From: Candidatus Latescibacterota bacterium
GTDB taxonomy: Bacteria > Latescibacterota > UBA2968 > UBA8231
Reading direction: 5' to 3'
DNA length: 64,000 bases
Assembly (NCBI GenBank): GCA_965208105.1
Contig: OZ242318.1
Coordinates: 4,640,001 to 4,704,000, forward strand
The notes under the pieces are model-generated. The model was not told the DNA's origin. It saw nothing but the letters and a program-made list of their open reading frames with translations, and ran no database searches. How positions within the stretch are numbered: position 1 is the first letter of the stretch; every line of letters starts with the position of its first letter. Both the position numbers and the translations under genes were made by a program. This document shows positions 1-8,935 of this stretch, in pieces.

Positions 1-73
1 AAATTGGTGTAAGGCGGAGACCGCAGGCAGGTTTGGCAACGGGCAAAAGGTTAAGCGACAAGGAGAGGGTGCG

Positions 74-442
74 ATGTTCAAGGAAGCCATACCAATCCTG
101 GGTGTTGCAAGTTCGGAGATCGCCGAGGAATTCTACTGCGAACGGCTCGGGTTCCGGCGTCTGTACGCCTACAGGCCCAAGCCGGCCAAGCCCGATCCCT
201 GCTATATGGGAGTAGGCCGAGACGCGGTCCATATAGTTGTTTCCTCTTTTGAAGGCGACGGTCCACCAGGCAGCCGCAACGTCCAGATCTATGTCGAAGA
301 CGCGACGGCAATCTACGAGGAATTCAAGCAGGCAGGGGTTTCGGTTGGAGAGATTTTCGATCAGACCTGGGGCAACATCGAGTTCTCTTTCGCCGATCCG
401 GATGGAAACAGCATAATTATCGCTCAACACAAGGCTGACTAA
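74..442 (+). CDS. VOC/glyoxalase/bleomycin-resistance family protein
   Basis: 122 aa. N-terminal 'PILGVASSEIAEEFYCERLGF' and C-terminal 'DQTWGNIEFSFADPDGNSI' are typical VOC motifs. SD-like AAGGAG lies upstream. Confidence 0.88.
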   Translation: MFKEAIPILGVASSEIAEEFYCERLGFRRLYAYRPKPAKPDPCYMGVGRDAVHIVVSSFEGDGPPGSRNVQIYVEDATAIYEEFKQAGVSVGEIFDQTWGNIEFSFADPDGNSIIIAQHKAD

Positions 443-593
443 GTAACCCCTGGTCATTTTACAGCGCGTTTTGTGCTGTGCCATTTGAATGGCTGGCCAG
501 CGGCAATCCGGTTCCCGAGTTGGCAAGTCCAGCATTACGTTGTGATCCATTCCGCATGGAAAGGGGAATCGACATCAAACCAGGAGAATATCG

Positions 594-920
594 ATGAAGG
601 TATTGAAGACGTGGTTGCTCTACTATGTGCACGATATGGATCGGGCAAAGGCATTCTATATGAAGACCTTTCAGGTCAAACCCCTGAAGGAGACAGAAGG
701 TTGGACGGAACTGGATTTCGGCTCTTTGGTGCTGGCGTTGCACACTCTGCCTGCCCACGGAGGAGGTACCATGCCCCATGCAGGGCTGATCGTTCAGGTA
801 GACAACCTGGATGGGGTTCAAGCCGACATAGAGCGAAATGGGGGACGGCTGGTGGAAAAACGCGACGAGGGGTACCGCTGCTGTGAGGATTCCGAGGGCA
901 ATGGTTTCGAGCTATGCTAA
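594..920 (+). CDS. VOC family protein
   Basis: 108 aa with 'YVHDMDRAKAFY', 'WTELDFG' and 'EDSEGNGFEL'. AGGAG lies upstream of the ATG. Confidence 0.8.
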   Translation: MKVLKTWLLYYVHDMDRAKAFYMKTFQVKPLKETEGWTELDFGSLVLALHTLPAHGGGTMPHAGLIVQVDNLDGVQADIERNGGRLVEKRDEGYRCCEDSEGNGFELC

Positions 921-1014
921 CCCAGCCCGGATTGCCGTGATCTAAGTTCCCCTTTGGGATGCCGTCAGTAATGGCGCCGGGTCCGGCCGCCTTTCAGCCT
1001 CTTTTGGTGCGTCT

Positions 1015-1704
1015 ATGGACAATCGCCTGGATATCGAGCAGGTAGCCTCGTTAGCTGTGTGTGCCATAAATCGCGGCTGGCTTCGAAGGCTTCGGTCAAT
1101 CGTTGAAAGCTATCCCGAGTATGTGAGTCAAACACTCGAAATTGGAGCGATGAGCCTTGGCGGAAGAAGGCTGGGTGAGGATTCCGACATACTCATGTGC
1201 GTCGAGTTCGTCGCTGAAAGGGGCATGGAGATTACGGCCCGGCTGCCCGGTCTGGATAGCTGCTTCAAGTATTGTCCGTCAGTGGCTCATTTCCTGCTGA
1301 ATCTAGGCCTCGATTCGAATATTACCGATGGGCGGGGCAATACCGGTCTTCACTATATGGCAGAAATCGGCTACGTGAGTGCAGTAAGGGAGCTGCTGTC
1401 CCATGGAGCGGACAGTCGACACAAGAACGATGACGGCTTAACGGCTTGGGATGTGGCCAACGAAGAAGGCAATCGACGAACCCAGAGATGCCTTGAGGGA
1501 CAGAAAGTGAATTCTTGCAGTGACATGGAAATCCGGTGGTTTTCCCGCCGCCGTGGATATGGATACATCAGAAATTCAATTTCCGGCGATATATATTTCG
1601 AGCACTCCTGTGCACCTGGCTGCGGGATAGAAGAGGGGACCAGGTTGGAATTCGATTTGGACTGTGATGATTTTGGCCCCACCGCTGACAACATCCACCT
1701 ATAA
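1015..1704 (+). CDS. ankyrin-repeat protein with C-terminal cold-shock (OB-fold) domain
   Basis: Ankyrin consensus 'DGRGNTGLHYMAEIGYVSAVRELLSHGAD...DGLTAWDVA'. The C-terminus 'IRWFSRRRGYGYI...GDIYFEHS...IEEGTRLEF...GPTADNI' matches a CSD. Confidence 0.75.
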   Translation: MDNRLDIEQVASLAVCAINRGWLRRLRSIVESYPEYVSQTLEIGAMSLGGRRLGEDSDILMCVEFVAERGMEITARLPGLDSCFKYCPSVAHFLLNLGLDSNITDGRGNTGLHYMAEIGYVSAVRELLSHGADSRHKNDDGLTAWDVANEEGNRRTQRCLEGQKVNSCSDMEIRWFSRRRGYGYIRNSISGDIYFEHSCAPGCGIEEGTRLEFDLDCDDFGPTADNIHL

Positions 1705-1805
1705 CCGGGCATGTCCAGCTTCGGGCTTATGCTCTTAAGAGAACCGCTCCGAGGCCAGGCACGGCGAAGACCCTATGGGCAATTGAATTTCAGGTTCTCA
1801 CCGAA

Positions 1806-2642
1806 ATGATCTTTGACATTGGTGAGACAAAAAATGCGGTCCTCGATCCTGAAGTCGATCACCTCATCGAGGGCCTGCCGCTCGCTATCGAGAGAGAGTA
1901 TACATTCACGGCGCCTGGCGACTACAGATCCTATCCGCGTATCGACCCCGTGCAGCGGATTCCAGCCTCCGAGAAGCATATCGGCTGCGTTCTCCGATAC
2001 CTGCGGCAGGTCCGACCCAGACTCAATACAGTTATTTCTCTGCTCAAAGAGGAAAGAGGGCGCGGGCTGGATGTAGGTATTGGCTTCGGGCTTATCGAGG
2101 TCGCTCTCACAGATTACTTCGGTGTGCAGATCGAGGGTTCCGAGCTGCCATTCAATATCAATAGCTATTGTGCGATACCCCTGAACCGCGGGATTCGGGT
2201 GACGCCTTGGGATCTGGGATCGGTTCCGCCATTCAGACGGGGGACCTTCAACTTTCTCGTGCTGATGGAAGTCCTGGAGCATCTCAAACTACCGCCGGGG
2301 AGAACGATTTCCAGAATTGCCTCTTTGATCGCACCTGGCGGGCGATTGATTCTCACGACACCAAACATTGCCCGTCAAGCGAATCTCGAGGCTCTGCAGT
2401 ACGGGCGAAACATCTTCGAGGCCTACCGCGAGGATCTCCCGGACAACCTGGACGTGACCGATTACGTCTCGCACATTCGGGAATACACGATTTCTGAAGT
2501 TGTAGAGCACGTGGAAAATGCAGGCCTGAGAATCGAGCAAGTCCTCACCTGCAATCAATGGGCACCGCATGATCGGCTGCTTGAACCATTGCGCAACGAC
2601 ATCACCATCGTCGATGCGAGAAAGGGACAAGGAAGCAATTGA
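1806..2642 (+). CDS. class I SAM-dependent methyltransferase
   Basis: Motif I 'GLDVGIGFG', plus 'MEVLEHL' and 'APGGRLILTTPN'. Confidence 0.85.
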   Translation: MIFDIGETKNAVLDPEVDHLIEGLPLAIEREYTFTAPGDYRSYPRIDPVQRIPASEKHIGCVLRYLRQVRPRLNTVISLLKEERGRGLDVGIGFGLIEVALTDYFGVQIEGSELPFNINSYCAIPLNRGIRVTPWDLGSVPPFRRGTFNFLVLMEVLEHLKLPPGRTISRIASLIAPGGRLILTTPNIARQANLEALQYGRNIFEAYREDLPDNLDVTDYVSHIREYTISEVVEHVENAGLRIEQVLTCNQWAPHDRLLEPLRNDITIVDARKGQGSN

Positions 2643-2771
2643 ATGGCGATGCCTGAAGGCAGCACAGCGGCCGCCTCTGCGGGGCTGTACCGCCCCTGGC
2701 CTGCGGCAAACACTTGCGGATTCAGAGATCCGGCGAGGGTCAGGGGAAGAAGGAATTAGAATCGGAGACCG

Positions 2772-3884
2772 ATGATCAGACTGACTCAAATTACCCTGGA
2801 ACAGTTGGAGTGGTACAGGGAACAGACTGGCGGTCATTATGGAATGGAATTCGAGTTCGAAGGTCCGTCGGGATTCTTTGGATTCTATGGCGAGTTTGAT
2901 ATCTCCGGCGAAGGCGAGGTTTGCCTGGAGAACCTCCTGGTAGCCAATTCCTGTGAACACGAACAGGGTGAGATGATTGCCGAGATCAGTGCACTGCGGC
3001 AGACTGTCATGGACGGCATCTGGACCTCTACATTGCAACAGGAAAATAGCATCGAAGCGATTTGGGAGGAGTTCAGACTGGAGCTTTTTTCCGAACCGAC
3101 CCGGGATGGAACTGTTGCGACTCATTTGCTGCTCTCACACGAAGATCCCGCAATATTCAGAGAGCCCTATTTCAAGAGTGGATTCAAATTGCGTTCCGAC
3201 CGCGCCGATGAGGAGTCCGAGCTGCAAAATCCCGGCAACTACTACCCCGTAAGTCCTGGAAGAGCCCCCGAACAGGCGGAGGTTGTCGATGCGGCCGAGC
3301 TTGCAGGTCGCATTCAGGGTAAGTCTCTGGTGGCGTTCACGGGCGCCGGGTTATCGGCGGCGGCAGGCATTCCCCCCTTGAAGGGGAAAGGTGGATTGGG
3401 GGAGCGCTTCCCTATCCACGATCGCCGTTTTGCCGGGGCCGTGGCCGATTGGATCCTGCACCGTCCTCGTGAGACGGCTATGGTACTTGGGAGGTTCTAT
3501 ACCGGATTCATGACTGCCAGTCCCACTCCAGCCCACTCGGCTCTTGCACAATTGGAGCAGCGGGGAATACTGAAGCATGTCATTACGGGCAATTTTGACG
3601 GGCTGCATGAGCGGGCCGGCAGCCAAAAGGTGCATATCAACGAAGCCAGATATTTTAAAATGTCGAACGAGGGCTGGACCTGGATCGAGGAGGGCGAGGT
3701 CGCCCTGGTTGTTGGCGTGTCGATGGATGCGGACTACGGTCTGCTGGACTATGCCCGAAACAAAGATCTCCAGGTTGTGGTTATGGCACCGAGTCGCCCG
3801 GAATTCATGCACCCACAGGACTGGTTCGTCGAAGGTCTCGCCGAGGATATTCTGCCGGAGCTTTGCAGCATTCTCATTGCTTGA
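2772..3884 (+). CDS. atypical Sir2/sirtuin-fold protein with ~180-aa N-terminal unknown domain
   Basis: NAD-binding Rossmann motifs 'AFTGAGLSAAAGIP', 'PTPAHSALAQLE', 'VITGNFDGLHERAGS' and 'LVVGVS'. No HG motif or CxxC Zn domain is visible. Confidence 0.78.
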   Translation: MIRLTQITLEQLEWYREQTGGHYGMEFEFEGPSGFFGFYGEFDISGEGEVCLENLLVANSCEHEQGEMIAEISALRQTVMDGIWTSTLQQENSIEAIWEEFRLELFSEPTRDGTVATHLLLSHEDPAIFREPYFKSGFKLRSDRADEESELQNPGNYYPVSPGRAPEQAEVVDAAELAGRIQGKSLVAFTGAGLSAAAGIPPLKGKGGLGERFPIHDRRFAGAVADWILHRPRETAMVLGRFYTGFMTASPTPAHSALAQLEQRGILKHVITGNFDGLHERAGSQKVHINEARYFKMSNEGWTWIEEGEVALVVGVSMDADYGLLDYARNKDLQVVVMAPSRPEFMHPQDWFVEGLAEDILPELCSILIA

Positions 3885-3997
3885 ACACCCTCTTCACGAG
3901 ATGGCCCAGTTGGGCCGGTTGGCCGGTCCAGGCTGCCCGGGTGGGCTAGGCTGGCCCCAAGGGCAGGGGAAGGTGCCGTCTGCTAAGGCGAACTGAA

Positions 3998-4666
3998 ATG
4001 AGAAGCAGCCACGTAGGTATTTTCAATCACGACGAGGACGCTGCCACCTATGACCGTGATGTGCTCAGGTCCGACGACCCCGTAAGGGAAGGCTACACCG
4101 AGGTTCTTGACTGGGTCGCTCGGAAAGCTGCCGTCACCGGGGATTCGACCGTTTTGGAGCTCGGCTCCGGAACCGGGAATTTGACCGCCCGATTGCCGCC
4201 GTGCCGGTCCCTGGTCTGTGTCGACGCCTCTGCTGAGATGATCACCCTCGCCCGGCGAAAGTTTCGGGACCGGTCTCACATCTCCCATGTGCAGGCGGAT
4301 ATACTTGAGTACTTCGATCTCCACAATCACCCATTCGAGATCGTGGTCAGTACCTACGCCCTCCATCATCTCACCGAGGGGGAGAAGCGATTTCTGTTCG
4401 ACCGGCTGGTGGAAAGACTGCCGCGGGGGGGACGTGCGTTATTTGGCGACCTGATGCTGGCATGCGCGGGGCAGGAAAGCATTTTGTCAGATCACTACCG
4501 TTCGCTCGGTGACGAGGCAACGGCGGCCGCCATCGAAGAGGAGTTCTTCTGGCACCTCGATGCGGCGGTCGACCACCTGCGCAACCTGGGTCTCTCGGTG
4601 GAGACGGCCAGATTCTCCCCTCTGTCATGGGGAATGGAGGTCATCCTGCCGCAGACCGCCGGCTGA
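3998..4666 (+). CDS. class I SAM-dependent methyltransferase
   Basis: 'VLELGSGTGNL', 'VDASAEM', 'STYALHHL' and 'GGRALFGD'. Confidence 0.88.
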   Translation: MRSSHVGIFNHDEDAATYDRDVLRSDDPVREGYTEVLDWVARKAAVTGDSTVLELGSGTGNLTARLPPCRSLVCVDASAEMITLARRKFRDRSHISHVQADILEYFDLHNHPFEIVVSTYALHHLTEGEKRFLFDRLVERLPRGGRALFGDLMLACAGQESILSDHYRSLGDEATAAAIEEEFFWHLDAAVDHLRNLGLSVETARFSPLSWGMEVILPQTAG

Positions 4667-4751
4667 TAACAGCGCGGTATCCGGCAATTGCACCCCGGGG
4701 AGAACCGGGTTGATTTGAGGCGGTGGCTGCTGCCCCGCGAACCGCAAGGCC

Positions 4752-5525
4752 ATGGCTGTGGAACAATACGCAAGCAGTGAAAACCTGGATGCCAGAATCG
4801 TTCTGCACGAGCGCTTCAGCACCAACAGGTACGGATGGGGCAGGTGGGTGTTCGACCAGCTTCGAGTGCCGCCGCGGAGCACCATTCTCGAGCTGGGATG
4901 CGGCACCGGCTCTCTCTGGTCGAGGAATATCGATCGAATTCCCGAGGACTGGACCGTCGTCCTGAGTGACCTGTCTGCGGGCATGCTTGAACGGGCTCGA
5001 ACAGACCTGTCCCAGGGCGGGAAAATTTTCGCCTTCGGTCGGATCGACGCCCAGTCAATCGCCATGCAAGACGGGACCGTCGATGTCGTCGTTGCCAATC
5101 ACGTTCTCTACCACGTGTCCGATCGTCCAAGGGCCTATTCCGAGATTCGCCGAGTTCTCAGGCCGGGGGGGCAACTTTACGCCGCGACCAACGGAAAGAC
5201 CGCCTCGGCGGGAATTCCGGAGTTGGTGCAACGAGTCAAGCCGGATGCCTACGGCGAAGTGCCGGAGACGAGAACATTGTTCTCCCTGGAGAACGGTGCC
5301 GGGGAGTTGTCCAGGTGGTTTGCCGGGGTTGAGGTCCTCCAATACGAAGACTCGTTCCTGGTCACCGAGGCCCAGCCATTGATCGATTACGTCGCATCGA
5401 CGCAACGTCTGAACGAGGACGAGTTGGCGCGCTTCGGCGCGCTGGTGATGGCGGAGATCTCCCGAAGTTCGGAGATCCGCATACCAAAAAATTCGGGAAT
5501 GTTCCGGGCAAGGAAGACCTGGTAG
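4752..5525 (+). CDS. class I SAM-dependent methyltransferase
   Basis: 'ILELGCGTG', 'SDLSAGML', 'VVVANHVLYHV' and 'RRVLRPGGQL'. Confidence 0.9.
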   Translation: MAVEQYASSENLDARIVLHERFSTNRYGWGRWVFDQLRVPPRSTILELGCGTGSLWSRNIDRIPEDWTVVLSDLSAGMLERARTDLSQGGKIFAFGRIDAQSIAMQDGTVDVVVANHVLYHVSDRPRAYSEIRRVLRPGGQLYAATNGKTASAGIPELVQRVKPDAYGEVPETRTLFSLENGAGELSRWFAGVEVLQYEDSFLVTEAQPLIDYVASTQRLNEDELARFGALVMAEISRSSEIRIPKNSGMFRARKTW

Positions 5526-5628
5526 AATCATCCTCCCGCGCCAGGGACGGATTACACTACCTCACACAATTTCGTGCCGGGCATTGGTCCATGCCTTACG
5601 GCCCGGACCAACGGAAAAATTGACTGGA

Positions 5629-6360
5629 ATGGATGTATCGGCAGAATACTGCGTCCGCGATTGGTTCAAGACCCTCCATGAGAGTTTCTGGCTTCGCCCG
5701 GACGAAGGGGGAGAGGAAGAAGCCGGTTTCCTCCGACGGGCGTTGCGTATCCGCAAGGGCCAGCGCGTCCTGGATGCTCCCTGCGGGGCGGGGCGTGTCG
5801 CATACCATCTGGCCAGGCATGGAATAGATGTCGTCGGGATCGATCTGCAATCGGCCTTCATAAACCGGGCTGAGCGAAGATTCGCCAGAAACGGGGTGGA
5901 AGCCGATCTCAGGATCTTGGACCTGCGATCGATCGAGTTCGATAACGAGTTCCACGCGGTCTACAACTGGTTCAACAGCTTCGGATACTTTTCCGAAGGC
6001 GAGAATGCCGACCTGGTTAGGCGATTCGCCCGCGCCCTGCGTCCAGGTGGACGGCTGCTGATCGAGCAAACGAACCGCGAGCGGATACTGCGGAACTTCC
6101 GTCCTGTGACCGCCAGGCATGGCGTGCTGCTCCGGTCGAGGTGGGACGCCGAAAAGGAACGCCTCCTCGTACAACATGAATGTGAGGGGATTGCGGCAGC
6201 CGAAAGCGGATCGTCTCAACGTCTCTATACCCTGTCGCAGATGCGAAAACTGGTTGCCTCGGCAGGTCTCGATGTGGAGATTGTCCATGGATCGTTGAAC
6301 CGCGAGCCCTACCGCCGGGGCAGCGGTAAGATGATGGTCGTCGCCCGTAAGGGCCGTTAA
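5629..6360 (+). CDS. class I SAM-dependent methyltransferase
   Basis: 'VLDAPCGAGR', 'NSFGYF' and 'ALRPGGRLLIE'. The ORF is open from 5584; I prefer the ATG at 5629. Confidence 0.88.
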   Translation: MDVSAEYCVRDWFKTLHESFWLRPDEGGEEEAGFLRRALRIRKGQRVLDAPCGAGRVAYHLARHGIDVVGIDLQSAFINRAERRFARNGVEADLRILDLRSIEFDNEFHAVYNWFNSFGYFSEGENADLVRRFARALRPGGRLLIEQTNRERILRNFRPVTARHGVLLRSRWDAEKERLLVQHECEGIAAAESGSSQRLYTLSQMRKLVASAGLDVEIVHGSLNREPYRRGSGKMMVVARKGR

Positions 6361-6396
6361 CGCCCAAAGTTGAGGTACGCAGGGAGTGGTCACCGA

Positions 6397-6774
6397 ATGG
6401 ATATCCGCGGAGTAGACTTCGTGGTGCATTACGTACGCGATCTGGAGGAGGCGGTTTCATTCTACCGCGATACCCTCGATCTCAAGTTGGAGCTGCACAA
6501 CCCACAGTGGAATTGGGCGGAATTTTCCGTTCCCCCTATTACTCTTGTCCTCTTCGGCACATACAAGGGGGCGCCTCTGACACATGGGAAAGGGGGAAGC
6601 GGCCTAGCCCTGGCGGTGGACGATTTCGACGCTGCGATCGAAGAATTGCGCCGCAAAGGCGTGGAGGTCGGGTGGGGTCCGAACGAGCTTTCCACCTGCC
6701 ATGTGGCCATGATCACCGATCCTGGAGGGAATCCGCTTTTCATCCACAAGCGCAAGGATGGAAGCTGGGGTTAG
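6397..6774 (+). CDS. VOC family protein
   Basis: 'VRDLEEAVSFYRDTLDL', 'LAVDDFDAAIEELRRKGV' and 'ITDPGGN'. The ATG at 6397 follows GGAG. Confidence 0.88.
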   Translation: MDIRGVDFVVHYVRDLEEAVSFYRDTLDLKLELHNPQWNWAEFSVPPITLVLFGTYKGAPLTHGKGGSGLALAVDDFDAAIEELRRKGVEVGWGPNELSTCHVAMITDPGGNPLFIHKRKDGSWG

Positions 6775-6920
6775 TGTCCGTGGACCTGAATGAAGCTCTC
6801 CTGCAGCAGGGAAGTTGAGCGTCCGTTCAAATCAACCTCCAGATGCCCCTGTGACGGAGGGCATGCGTTCCGGACCGCTTTACCTGATTGACTGGTCCAT
6901 AATCCCATTGGAGGGGCAGG

Positions 6921-7523
6921 ATGAATGGTTGGCGTGAACTGAGATTCCCGGTGGACTCTCTGAAGAAGCAGGTCCTCGTGGTCGAGGACGACCGCGGGAG
7001 AGTACTTGCCGATCCCCTTCGGTGGAAAATCCTCGAGACCCTCGGAGACGGGAAGTCGGTCGCAGAGCTTTCGCAGAGCTTGAAAGTTACCGATTCCCGG
7101 TTGCTGTACCATCTGAAACGGCTGGCGCAGACAGGTGTCGTTTACCTGAAGAAGGATGGAAGAATGCCCGGGCAATGGCGCTGTTTGCCTGCTGCGGGGC
7201 AGATCCGCGTTCGAGAGCTACCTCCTCCGCCGAAGGAGCAAGTTCCCGAGGCCATGCCTGTCGATATTGCCGGGCAGTTCAACCAGGCAGTTCGCGAAGC
7301 TGCCGAAGGCTTGTACGGTATGACCTTTCAGACTTCGGTCAACCACAACCGCGCGCGGCTATCCCAAGAGCAGGCATCCGAGTTCAGTCGCCGATTGTTG
7401 GCGCTGATAGAAGAATACTTTCCTCCGGGTAAAGGAGATCGCGGGGGGATCAAATACGGATTCTACGGAGTTCTCACACCGATCGACCTTCCTCCTCTCG
7501 CAGACTCTGAAGCAACGGAGTGA
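6921..7523 (+). CDS. ArsR-like winged helix-turn-helix transcriptional regulator
   Basis: 'LADPLRWKILETL..GKSVAELSQSL...LLYHLKRLAQTGVV'. C-terminal 'ARLSQEQASEFSRRL' extension. GGAGG SD upstream. Confidence 0.8.
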   Translation: MNGWRELRFPVDSLKKQVLVVEDDRGRVLADPLRWKILETLGDGKSVAELSQSLKVTDSRLLYHLKRLAQTGVVYLKKDGRMPGQWRCLPAAGQIRVRELPPPPKEQVPEAMPVDIAGQFNQAVREAAEGLYGMTFQTSVNHNRARLSQEQASEFSRRLLALIEEYFPPGKGDRGGIKYGFYGVLTPIDLPPLADSEATE

Positions 7524-7662
7524 GACTTGCCGGAAGACGCCATGGCGGGATGGCAGCCCCCGCGTGGGAGCCTCGCATGAGGAATGAAGTTGAAGGGGGT
7601 TTCTCTGATTTTCCGGCGGCGCATGCAGGGTGTGGCAGATCTCACCGATCCTCCATGCAATC

Positions 7663-8592
7663 TCACTTCCCACCCTGGCCGGGAGAGAATCTCAACAATC
7701 TTTCGGCAAAGTCAGGGTGACGGGAGCACTCTCTTTCAACGTACTCCCGATAGAGCGACACCAGACCAGCCGAATGCTCGTAACCAGCATTGATTTCGAA
7801 CACCTGCAGTGAATCCGCAATCCAGTCCTCCGTTGCCTGCAGGCCGAGAAAGCTCGCCATCCTTTCCAGGGTCTTCTTCCTGTCATCGTACTCGAAGTAG
7901 TGAAAGAACCTGTCCGGATATCTCACCTCCAGGTCCTTGAAACGGATAATTTCATCGAGGACCGATTTGAGGGTGTTTTCAACGCTGGCGCCGGCGTTGG
8001 GGTCCGGAAAGATCCGCGCATGCCCCGTCTTGAAGTTCGAGGCGGCGCAGTCCATGGGGTTTCTGACCGGCATGAGGAACCTGAGCTTGTGATTATCCTT
8101 GAAAATGGTTCTCAGGTCGGTGTCCATTTTCCGCATTCTTTTCGAGGTCCTCAGGGACTCCTTCCAGAATAGAGCTTTGCCGCATTCCTTTGCCGGATTC
8201 ATTCCTCTGCCAGGCAGCAACTCCCTCATTTTCTGGTTATCGGCGAATGCATGAGCGCGGGTGATGGATCCGCCGTAGTTGCCCCGCCTTCCTTTGCGAG
8301 AGATATGAAGAGCGTACTGGACGAAGCGCCCGAAGCGTTCGGCGCTGTAACTGCCGATGAAATCCAGCCTTCGATCTCCGAAAATGCGCCTCCCGGCATG
8401 GTTCAGCACGTGGCAATCGGGGTGCAGAAACAGAAGGGATGCGGTCAAGGTCGTCAGATTCCTGTAAGGACCGAGGGCCAGGCACACGGCCCCTATTGCT
8501 TCCGTCTCGACGGAGCGGGATACGATTAGATCGAACTCCTTAAGAGGTTTGTCCAGGAGTATGGATTTTGCTTGTCCAGCTATTCTCTTCAT
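7663..8592 (-). CDS. sulfotransferase-fold protein (putative)
   Basis: 'LALGPYRNLTTLTASLLFLHP' resembles the 5'-PSB motif (GxxRSGTT..L..HP). 'FLMPVRNPMDCAAS' resembles the 3'-PB motif (RNPxDxxxS). 'ERMASFLGL' lies near the C-terminus. Confidence 0.55.
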   Translation of the reverse strand: MKRIAGQAKSILLDKPLKEFDLIVSRSVETEAIGAVCLALGPYRNLTTLTASLLFLHPDCHVLNHAGRRIFGDRRLDFIGSYSAERFGRFVQYALHISRKGRRGNYGGSITRAHAFADNQKMRELLPGRGMNPAKECGKALFWKESLRTSKRMRKMDTDLRTIFKDNHKLRFLMPVRNPMDCAASNFKTGHARIFPDPNAGASVENTLKSVLDEIIRFKDLEVRYPDRFFHYFEYDDRKKTLERMASFLGLQATEDWIADSLQVFEINAGYEHSAGLVSLYREYVERECSRHPDFAERLLRFSPGQGGK

Positions 8593-8935
8593 CGATCCTG
8601 ATTGATCATGGCTCTTCGCCGGTAAAAATACAGACGGGACGGGCGGCCAGGGGTATATCCGAAGCCTGCCCTTCTCGGCCTGAATTGTTGACTGAAATCT
8701 GCTCCATTTCTATATTCCTTGGCCGCCGGAGATCTTCCGGGCCTGGCCATGGCCGAGGCATCAGCGGGGGTGGCCGACGCGGCAGGTCCAAAAGGTAGTG
8801 AATATAGGGCGCCGGCGCATTGAGCAACAACCCCAGTTTCTCTTCCCATACAGCCTCTTCAGCAAATCAGGGCCGGCGGCTTGTCTGTCCGGACTGTGCT
8901 CGGAGCATAGAGCTGATTTCAGGTAGAAGAACCGC

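Noticed and set aside
8589-8849. Short ORFs between the sulfotransferase-like gene and the NTP transferase
   Set aside because: Several overlapping frames with low-information Pro/Arg-rich translations, more likely divergent regulatory DNA.
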